64,000 nucleotides of DNA from Paramecium tetraurelia. Lineage: Eukaryota. This document shows positions 53,915-64,000 of this stretch, piece after piece. The notes beneath the pieces are model-generated. The model saw only the letters and a program-made list of their open reading frames with translations, did no database searches and was not told the origin of the DNA. Made by a program: the position numbers and the translations under genes. Within the stretch, counting starts at the first letter, position 1. Every line of letters begins with the position of its first letter. The stretch is taken from the NCBI GenBank assembly GCA_000165425.1, contig CT868463.1, positions 186,001 to 250,000 of the forward strand. Direction: 5' to 3'.

Positions 53915-55250
53915 CAAGATGCAAATCCAACTACCATCCAAACACCCTTGCTAGTAATATACTACCAAATCCTTAACTCTACTCAGCATCATTAATGATT
54001 TGATATCAGGCAATCCTTTAATTTTAATTGAATTCTATGCATCTTTATGTGTCCCATATAATCAATTCGCTTTGGGATATCAACAACTCATCAAAAAAGT
54101 ATCCAACACACATCATTTCTTGTGAAGATATCCCCTTTAAAAATTAAAAGTCTCATCATTCCCTATTTCTTCCCCTTTTCCTGGATGGTAAACACTTTTC
54201 ACTTTACTGGCTAACAAAGTATTGATTCCTTATTTTAATGGATGTTATAGGTATATTGATAAAATCTTTATATTTTAGTTGTTCAATGGGACAAATCTTA
54301 AAGAAACCTTAACATAAAATCAATTTTTTTATGAAAATGATGTTGAATACTCATTATAATTATTACTTTTAACTAACTCCTCTATTAAGGATCTGAAAAA
54401 TTTATCAAAAATCCTAATTATTGGGACTTTTTTGAAATAAAAAGTAAAAAGTCACATCTCTTCTCTATTGGTAACAAAGAATACATGTATAATTTTTCAA
54501 AAGATATTTCAGAAAAGAAAGAAATCAATCAAGCATTTATTCAATAAAATCATTTGCTTGATGTACCATAATATCAATGATTAATCAGAAAACTAGAATT
54601 TTCTGGAGCTTTTCCTGAATTTATCTTTTTTAGTAGTTGAGATGAGTAGTTCGAAAAAGTGGGAATCATCCTAATAGTTTCTAAGAACCTGTCTGTTTTC
54701 ATATACAAAAAATTACTAATGGAAAATTCTTCAATTAATTAAATAAACTAGGAGCAGATGACAATGTGTTCCCCAAGATTAAAGCTTGGAATTAAGGATT
54801 GAAATATAAATACAATAATAAACCTAATTTTACAGTCAAAGGAATATAGAGCTACAATTCAATTTGAAATAAGGCCAAGTTGAGAACATGATCAATTATG
54901 AACCATTTCCAGTTTGCACTTAAGTGAATACTTATGTTCATATATCATCTTAAGTTATTCAAATTGAAAGTTACAGCATTAAATTATGAGGAAGAAGGTG
55001 TTAAAGAAAAAAAGGATGTTTTCTTAGAGTTTATGTTCTGAGTTATTTTGAGTTTGCAATAATTTAAACAACTTTATGATTATAACAAAATCACAATAGC
55101 GTTGTGGTTCAAATTAATGCTCCTGAAAATCAAATTTCAGGTGTTTAATAAATCGTTGTAGAGATGCTGATAAATAAGGTAAGGGTATTGAGAAGGTAGA
55201 ACTTCGGATCAGTTTATGATTTATTAGATATTACAATTAGTATCAATTAG
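53915..55250 (+). pseudogene. Probable decayed gene, family not recognised
   Basis: Coding-like composition over 1.3 kb, but the frames I read are broken by TGA or frameshifts. Confidence 0.35.
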
Positions 55251-55307
55251 AACCATATTATATTTGGATAATTGTTAAATGAATATATATATATAATAAA
55301 AATATTT

Positions 55308-57296
55308 ATGATAATTTTTAGAACTTTATTGAAATGGAGATTTTCTACTCACACTAATTAAATTAATTTTGCATTTCGAGACCGGTTTGAGAATCAATCA
55401 GATAGTGACATCGATATATTTGATTTTCCAAAAGAGGATGTGAGAATAGTTTAAAATGAATCAGAACTAATGACACTTATTAGTTAGCATGTAGATCCCA
55501 AAGTTTTGATCGATATATTCAACAAGAATAGAAGTATATTTGGTATATAGCATTGCTAACTTACAATTCGTATTATCGCACATTTTTTGTCCTCTGTGAA
55601 AATTTATGAAAATGAACCTACATTTCATTAAGGAATGGGGGAAATATCGAATTTCTTAAATAGTTAACTAGATGAATTTTCTCCAATGGATTTGATTGAG
55701 TTGCTTTGTTTCAAATCTAAATATTAATTGAAGGGCCAATAGTAATTGCTTGAAAATATTGATGATTAAAAATTAGCGAATAATTTAAATTAGATGCTAC
55801 AAGATAGCTCTGATTTTAGTATTAGACATTACATAAATATTTGGTATGACTCCCAAGTTTTAAACATGAATTTACCATTAATTAATTCATTAGTTGAAGA
55901 TCGCTTAAACACTGAACCTCTTTCACCTATGGAAGTAGTACTTTTAATACGGTGTGAGATGATGAAATCCTAGAAGAGAAAATTTGTTAATTCTGCATTG
56001 ATTGAATTCTGTATTTCTCATTATGATGGGAATTCACTTTTTTACGATTTTTAACAAGTCACTCAATTTTACATTATGTTACTTAAGGTGAAATATCAGT
56101 ACTTAAATCCATATTTAGAGTCACATCCTATTCTCATAAAAATGAGATAATCCTTAATTGACAATCTAACAGTGATGGATGAACATACAATCTTATCAAT
56201 CATAGCTAATTATTAATTGTTGCCAGTTGATGTTCCTCCTGTTTTAGAAAACAAAATCAAAGAGTTCTTATTTAAATAATTAAGTTTGAGACCTTAAAAA
56301 ATATCTGTCTATTTAATTTAATAATTTTTGATTAATCTCTAATCAATTTGTACTCCTTTAGAAGTTGAAAAGTTAATTGATGAAATTATTTCAAAATTGT
56401 AATCAGAAACCCATCTGCCTTCACTTACAATAGCCAACAAAATAGCACAGATAATCTTAGGTTTATGCAAATTAAATTTAACAATTAATTTTAGATCAAA
56501 AGTGACTGTATTTTCTGATTATGTAAGTTAAGTTTGTAAATTGGAATATTCAGAGAATGGTCTTCTATATTTAAGATTTATCTGTGGATAGGAAGTTGAT
56601 TGCTTTCTCACTAAAGAGAATGCATTCCACCATCCTCTTCATTCGTTTGCTGTCACCACAAATGAAAAACTTAAATAAAGCTTAAATGAATTTTTAATAA
56701 AGAAAATCCAAGAAAACCCTCTGAAAGTTATACACGACATATTGAACTTCTAATACTAATATTAATAGATGTTCAAAGATTTGCTTCCTACAATTATAAT
56801 GGAATTTATGAAAAAAGCACATTATTAAGAAAGGCACCTTTCTTCTTTATTTAAATTGTTGAATGATGTTTAGTCATTGAATCTCTTAAAAGATTGCCTC
56901 TCATACAAAAAGTCAGACCTCTATCGATTAGCCCTTAGATAACATAACTTAACTGAATTATAGGCTTAAATTTTTGGTAGCCGATTAATTTAATAAGTTG
57001 AAAAATTTCATAGACATGGTGTGTTGAATGTAATGTTAAATTCTAATCTGGCTATTTTGGTTGGAAGGAAGAATCCTGAAGTTTTGACTACAATAATAAG
57101 CATTATAAAATAGTAAAATGATGGACTTGAAACTTATTCATTTTGCAAGTACTTAAAAGATCACAAAGTGGATTACAGAAAAGTATTATAGCATTCACAA
57201 CGCAGAGCTAGATTGGAAAAAATAGAAGATCTTTATAATTCTCAAAAATGTGTTGAGAAGAGATTGATGTTATTATACATATTATTTTTTAACTGA
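55308..57296 (+). CDS. Helical protein with mitochondrial-type presequence, apparently intronless
   Basis: MIIFRTLLKWRFST... The span is a multiple of 3 (663 codons) and no intron was seen. Leu-rich helical pattern; similarity to organellar helical-repeat RNA-binding proteins is an inference. Confidence 0.75.
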
Positions 57297-57304
57297 AATA
57301 ATTA

Positions 57305-58080
57305 ATGTATTCCTAATTAAAAAAAAAAAAGTCTCCAGATGCTCATCCCTCTATTCCCAAAGGTTAGTTTTCAAACGATCAAAAATTTTATTAAGAGTTG
57401 ACTCAATAATTATGGGAATCTCATCCTACAGATGAGAATTTAGAAATATCTGTAGATGTACCTTAGATGTAAACAAAAAGAGCATAACCATACTTAACAG
57501 AAGAAAACAATTTGGTCCTAGAAAATCGTAAGCTTAAAGAAACTATAATTTAAATGAAATTGGAAATGTATTTACAACTTATTTAATTAGGAAGTCTAAA
57601 TTAGAGGCTGATCTATTGAAACAAAAAAATGAATTCCAATCCATCTTATAAGAGTATGTAACTTTCATAGATAAGATCTTATAAGATAAAAAAGACTTAT
57701 AGTTATAATTGTCACAATTTTAAAAGCAAGAACCCTAGGAAAATCAAAATGAATTGATTGAATAACTTCACTTCTTGTAGGATGAAAATTGTAAATCCCT
57801 GTAATAGTCAGAGGAATTCAGCAATAAATTAATTTAGATAGAGACTTTGTTAATCAATTTAGAAGAAGAAAAGAAAATTGCCTATGAAAAGATAGAACTA
57901 CTTAAACTTCAAAATCAATAATTAAAATAGCATTACGAGGAGAGGCTATAAAATTTGAAATAACAACATTACACAGATATTACTAAATTCGAATCTATTG
58001 TATAGGAAGCACTAGATAAGAAGGACTTTAAAATACAGAAACTAAAGGAGCAATTAAGTTATTACACAGACCAATTTTGA
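57305..58080 (+). CDS. Coiled-coil hypothetical protein
   Basis: MYSQLKKKKSPDAHPSIPKG...LVLENRKLKET...; one 23-nt intron; ends YYTDQF*. Confidence 0.72.
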
Positions 58081-58107
58081 ATTAAATGTATAATTTTTAA
58101 TTATATT

Positions 58108-59180
58108 TCAACAATTATATTACTTTTCGAATTCTAAATGTTTCTCAAATACATCAATAATTCCTTACATATTCTCAGTGTCTTCTGTGTTGTGTTTGAT
58201 AGAACGTTTATTTTTATTGAAACTTGCGAGAGTTTTATTTTTCAGTTTAATATTTTCATCGATTTTTTAGACTATAATTGAATTAGTTAATTTATTGAGA
58301 TAATGTTAATCTTTGTTATAGTATTTGTCTGTATCCAACCCTTTCATTTTCGATATTGTGGGTAGTCTGACAGTTTTAATAAGATCAGTGAAGCCACTTC
58401 TATTAGTTGGAGTGATTTGCTATCTTGATCTTTGTTCTTTCAATTATTTCAGTTAATCTGGATCTAGGGCATAGTTTTTGACTTCTCTAAATTCTTTGGG
58501 TCTTGTCCTCATATTTAATGGTCCATATACATTAAGTAAATCATTTTTTTCAACAAAATCTGTGAAGAGCTCTTTTATTTTAAATTGAAATATACCTCTT
58601 TTTCTATTGAATAGTTGGTCCTAAATAGATTTGTAAGCACTTTCAAAAGTAAAGATCTAGTCTTTATCGTCATTTAATGGCTTTTATACAATTTTAACCT
58701 AATTTGTAATCGTACTTAATATTGACATTAATTTTATACTCTGTTATTTTATTAGTAACGTAACCTGTAGGTTTTAGATTTGTAAATCTCTATTCAGAAA
58801 CATTATAAAATTCATAATTATTGAGAGTGTTTCCCTTAAGTGAATCTATTTTGCTTAATGGAGGCACTTTGCTCTTGATATATGGATTATCATAACTTTC
58901 TCGACAGATCAACGAGTTCGATAATTTAAAATAAGTCGGAGCTTCATGGGAATTTCCGTAAGCAAATTATGGGAAAACCTTAATATTCATCACAAATAGA
59001 GTACCTTTTTTCCCTTGAGAATTTTAGTTGGCTCTAATAATTAATATGTTTTGGAATATGAAGATCGTAGATACGTAGGCAATTCTTCACTTTCAGCATT
59101 TCCTTTTCCACTCTTAGAAATATAGATAGGTATGATACTTTTGTATTTAATTTATCAAATTCTTCTTTACCAGTGAGCAT
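58108..59180 (-). CDS. Hypothetical protein
   Basis: MLTGKEEFDKLNTK|SGKGNAESEELPTYLRSS..., ends DVFEKHLEFEKQYNC*. Confidence 0.68.
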
Positions 59181-59211
59181 TTTAATAATAATATTTTTAT
59201 TTTATAATATC

Positions 59212-59785
59212 TCAATTATTATTTTTAGGTGGATAGTTGCTTAAGGGTCTTATTTTCCATGAACTTCTATACGATTTTATCGGTCACAAGAACTCTTATC
59301 TATTGGTTTTCTGTTACTATTTTAGTGACCACTGTGATTAATTCTTGCTTGACTTCATTAGTCATCATGACACCCATTCCATCTTGAACTCTGATTTCCT
59401 CAAGTCTAGCATCGGATTTGTAGTTCCCATTTTGGTACGAAATCCATGAAGTCCTGACAAATATTGGGAATGAATGCATCCAGTTTTAGGAACCTTAAGT
59501 TTATAAAATATATCTCTTATCATTCTGAAATAAGAGTCTTGGTCTATACCTTAAGGAACTAAACAAAAACACGAATTTAGAAATGTTATGATACATGTGA
59601 CCAGCATATCATGAACTTAATGTTTTGTTAACGTTGAATCCACATGCTATTATGTCTTACTCTTATGGAAAAACTTCTCATCATCTGACAAATTCAATCA
59701 CTACTGGCGCATTGAAAGAATCCTATAAATATTTAGTAAATATGAATGGCATCAAATGACCCATATGCGTTGATTCTCTGAAACA
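59212..59785 (-). pseudogene. WARS1: Tryptophanyl-tRNA synthetase pseudogene with internal deletions
   Basis: Ordered fragments [91 protein letters not shown]...VTDKIVQKFM. Frameshifts, an in-frame TGA, a missing N-terminus and missing internal blocks. Confidence 0.88.
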
Positions 59786-60418
59786 AAAATGCAAATCAAT
59801 TCAATATAATAACAACATTGATTATCGTATTATTGTACCTAATAATATTTGTTAGATAATTAGTTTTATGTATTTAAAATATTGATTCTAAATTTATGTC
59901 ATGATTATGTATACTATTAGTAAAATATTCATGATTTGCAATAGAAATCATATTATTACTTTTTCATTGAGCAAATTCCATTAACTAAAGCATTTCAAAG
60001 CTGTGTGATTAATATTATAAACAAATTAATATTTATAAATTGGAATCATAATTAATTTAAGATTATAATCATTCTAATGATTAAAAGTTGAATCATTTTT
60101 ATTTATATAACAATCAAACTAATATCCATCAAATAGTTCAAAATTATAAAATTAAACCAAATGTTTAAATAGATCTACACATTATGCACTTGTAATTGTA
60201 TATCTTTTGTAATAATACTTTAAAATAGCATTTGATTCAAAATTTGAATGTGATTAGATATTTAACATATTTTAAACACTACACCAATTGGCTTTACTAA
60301 ACCAAAGTTATTTATACTTAGAAGACAACTTTTAGAAATGTATTGTATACAAAATAATAAAATGAATATTATTCTTTAAATTAAATAGTATTTTTTCAGT
60401 TAATAATTTATATTCAAA

Positions 60419-61627
60419 ATGAAAGCACATTAAATTCCAAGACTATTTTGTGTTGCAGATTACGATAAAGAAAATTTTTATTGTGCACCTAAACATCAAA
60501 GAGTTTAATCATCAGTTGCCATAAGAGAAAAATCATCAAATTCATTTCATTCTATGATGCCTCCTTAAAAACCACAATTGAAATTAAATGAAGAATAAAG
60601 CAATAGAACTAGAGAAGTTATTTAACGAGTTAAAACAGACTCAAATATGCCGATACCTTTAAGAAATGGAAGAAATCTCAGTATTACTAGTGGAGTCACT
60701 ACCATTTTAAGTAATAAAACATTCTAAATACCTTCAAAAATTGAAAATCCTCAACTAGTAAACGCATATAAAAATGAAATTGTCACATACATGAGAGACA
60801 GAAGTGTAATTAATATTCTTATTTTAGTGTAAATCTAATTTCAAAATGACTGCTTTTCAACTTTAAACAGAAATCACTGAAAAAATGCGTAGTATTCTAC
60901 TAGATTGGCTAGTAGATGTACATCATAAATTCAAATTAGACCCAGAAACATTGTTCCTGACAATATCAATAGTTGATAGGTATTTATCCCATAAATTTGA
61001 GAGTTCTTGAATTACATCAAATATCAAAATCCAAATTTCAATTATATGGAGTTGCAGCATTGTTTATAGCATCCAAATACGAAGAAGTTTACTCTGTTCC
61101 TCATGTAAGAGATTTAGTTTATGTTTGTGATAATGCATATCCTAAAGAAGAAATACTAGAAGCAGAAGGAAAAATCATTTCATTACTCTCCTTTGACTTG
61201 TTAACTACTAGTCCCTACAGAATGTTGAACGTATATTAGGAGACAGCGAAATTAGAATAAAAAAACTTTATGCTTTGTAGGTATATATAAATATATGAAC
61301 TTTAGATATTTAATTGAATTGTCTTTGCTAGAGTATCCAATGATCCAATATTCAAATAATGTGTTAGCAAGTGCAGCTATTTATTTAGTTCATAAAATTA
61401 GAAGAATTCATCCTTCTTGGAGTCAAGATTAGATGGTTTCAATAACTGGTTTGAATGAAATTGACATTAGAACCTGTGCAAAAGAAATGTGTAATCTTTT
61501 ACAAGGTCAAGATAAGAAACAATTTAATTCTATAAGAAAAAAGTTCTCTTAACCAAAATATTTAGAAGTTTCAAAAATTAGGATTGAAAAGCGTCCATCT
61601 TAAAACTTATAAACACTCCAATATTGA
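60419..61627 (+). CDS. Mitotic (A/B-type) cyclin
   Basis: Cyclin box EITEKMRSILLDWLVDVHHKFKLDPETLFL...FQLYGVAALFIASKYEE...YVCDNAY...ILEAE, then RYLIELSL and RKKFSQPKY. Three introns. Confidence 0.94.
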
Positions 61628-61807
61628 GCTTTGCGAATATTAGCAAGTGCTTGTCTTTGATTAATTAATTAATATTATAATCTATATAATATCAATTTAT
61701 TATAGTAAACTTATTTAATAATTCAATTCAATAATTATTCAAAAATAGAATAATTTAGAATTTAAGAATATCACTTAAAAAAAGAATAATACACGATAAG
61801 AATATGA

Positions 61808-64000
61808 TCAATTTTTCTCTATTCTTCTGCTAACTCTCAAGGATTCTGAATATTTGCTATCTTCGTTTAATTAAAAATTATCTCTAGATTTAGGTAGTAC
61901 AAACTTAATAACACTTCCTTTAATCCCAGTCGTACTTTTTACATAGTTAATGATTTCAAAAGGTACTCTAGAATCATATCCCAGATATTTTAATTATTTG
62001 TGACAAGCAGCTAATCCAAATTTACCTTCATTTAATCTATTCTTTAACTATTCTTCATTGATTCCACCTCCATTATCAGAGATTTCTATTGTAATCTTGT
62101 CAGCATCACTTTGTGCTTTTATAATGATAGCATTCTGATGTTTTATTTCCTATTGGTAAATCGTTGAATGCTGATGAATTTATAAATTTTCACATTTTTC
62201 TTATTAGGCTAAATTTAAATTAGTATTGAAATTCTATATGGAATTGTTAATTATATTGATCAAGATTTATTTCAATTTCCTTTTATCTGATTAGATTATT
62301 AATTGCGATTCATTATCCAATTCTTAAGTAATAATGATGTTATGCTGTTTTAGGAAAATGTGGTATTTAAATATATCTATCACGATATTAAATGTTTATA
62401 TTAGGTTAAATTGTTCAATTTTTAATTAAGGAGTACTAAATAACTCATAGAAGTTGAAATTGTTTTGTTCTGTAATCAATAAGTCGAAACTTAATGATTC
62501 TACAGAATTAAGCAAATCCTTTAATTATTATAAATAAAGAATTGATAATTTTTACAAGTTCTCATCTTAATTCTCATGATTATGACTATTGGATGAGGTG
62601 ACTTTGATGTACGCATTTTATCCTGGAGATTGGGTTCGAATATTCAAAAGTGTTTGTTTAAAGTCTCCAATTACTTTGTCAGATTTAATAAATGCATTAT
62701 CATCACAAAATGATAAAGAATTATAACTACTTTGCTTGATCTTTTCAAATTCTCTTTTATTTAATGTATGATACATACTTTATATGTAGTTACAGGGACT
62801 ATTTTAATTGATAAACACGCTTTAAGATTTGGCTTGAAAGATTTGCCATTTTACCCACAAATCTATAAATGATAGCACTTTTTTATTCTAACAATTCATT
62901 CTTGATTAAAATATTAATATTTTTGATTTGAATAATAATTGACTATTTCTATTGATTACTTCGATCATCATCAACTAATAAAACCGATAAACTTAAATTA
63001 TATATAATTTAATTCAGAGTTAATTAACATTGCAAATACTATTTATTAGTAGGCCCTGGTTAATCCATGTTAATTGGAATAGCTAATAATCCAGATATAT
63101 CCTGAGATCTATCCTTCTAAAATATATACTTCCTGTCATTCTAAGGAGATATTATTGAGGGTTATTCTTCCTAATTTTAATTACAATCCTATCCATCTAA
63201 ATATTATTTCTGTTTTTCAATGTTTTATTTTTGATTAACATTGTCTTATAAATAATTCTTTTCTATCCATGCTAAAAAGGTGTTACTTTCATCTAATTCA
63301 AATTGAGTAACAAATGATTGAGATGTATTTGATTACGAATTCACAATAAGAAGATGATTGAAAAATTATTGCAAATTTATTTTGTTGTCTTTTAAGAATT
63401 TTTTCAAGACACAGCTTTGCTCTTTGCTTTCCCAACTGCGATTTAAAACAGTTTTAGTGATGTCAACTTTACAAATCCAGTCATCAGTTAAATTGTTAAA
63501 TTATTCCCATATTGATTTAGTTGATTGATTTTATTATACTATTGTTTGACACTTTTTCAACTCTATTTAGGTATTCCTTTAATCAGTAGAATAACCATCT
63601 TATTTTGAACCTCTAGGGTTAATTTCAATATTATCATATATGCCTAAGAGAACGAGAAGACCTATATTAATGACAATTAAAACTATTTGATAATCAATTG
63701 TATTTGTTAGGAAGTTGAAAATTATTAACCCTAATGCCAATATCACTTAAAAAGCAGTTTTAAATTTTTAATAATACTTCTTTTTATCCTTCACATCCAG
63801 TTTACTTGAGTAGATTCCATTTAAAAAACCAAATATGAAATAAATGAATTCACTTCTATATATTCCAACCAGAGTTAATCTTTTAATCGCCAAAGCCCAA
63901 TAAAAAAAAGGTGAGATATCTCCTAAAGGTAATATTGAAGTTTACCCTTCTTCCATCCCAATTGTTGAGTGATAAAGATCCATGAGAAAAAGGTGCCGCA
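61808..64000 (-). CDS. Membrane histidine-kinase-like protein, degenerate (5' end outside window)
   Basis: TM segments at the window edge. HATPase_c with N-box SDKRKLKQILINIINNS, G1 box IEISDNGGGI, reduced G2 (GKFGLAAC) and GSVIKFVLP. No receiver domain before the stop. Confidence 0.8.

Noticed and set aside
62630..62645. GGTTCGAAT T-loop-like motif
   Set aside because: No cloverleaf stems; lies inside the histidine-kinase-like CDS.
1..64000. Telomeric repeats, rRNA, transposase or reverse-transcriptase ORFs
   Set aside because: None seen on either strand by eye.

Overview
Eukaryotic, very AT-rich, gene-dense DNA that reads as a ciliate somatic (macronuclear) scaffold, most likely Paramecium. 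TAA/TAG encode Gln, TGA is the only stop, introns are 20-33 nt (GT...AG) and intergenic spacers are often under 60 bp. The supplied standard-code ORF track therefore shows only fragments and antisense shadows. Re-reading by hand with the ciliate code gives about 35 genes. They include axonemal/ciliary genes (DNAL1, WDR92, CFAP45, SAXO-like, STPG-repeat), CCT2, an ankyrin-AGC kinase, a GxGD intramembrane protease, an ion-channel/adenylyl cyclase fusion, two ATP9/Neo1-type P4-ATPases, a two-motif CDGSH Fe-S protein, a mitotic cyclin and a degenerate histidine kinase. There are also several decaying pseudogenes and three assembly gaps. The strongest unexplained structure is a near-perfect 147-bp inverted repeat (2807-2953 / 3467-3613) copied from inside a decayed RBR-ligase-like pseudogene, a candidate hairpin-RNA locus or TIR element. 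Other notable items are a TrpRS pseudogene collapsed by internal deletions, a CDGSH motif lacking its His ligand, a His-less histidine kinase, an ENaC-like two-TM protein and a cyclin intron that spells the cyclin-box consensus. All translations and coordinates were derived by eye, CDS spans include introns, and no database search was run.
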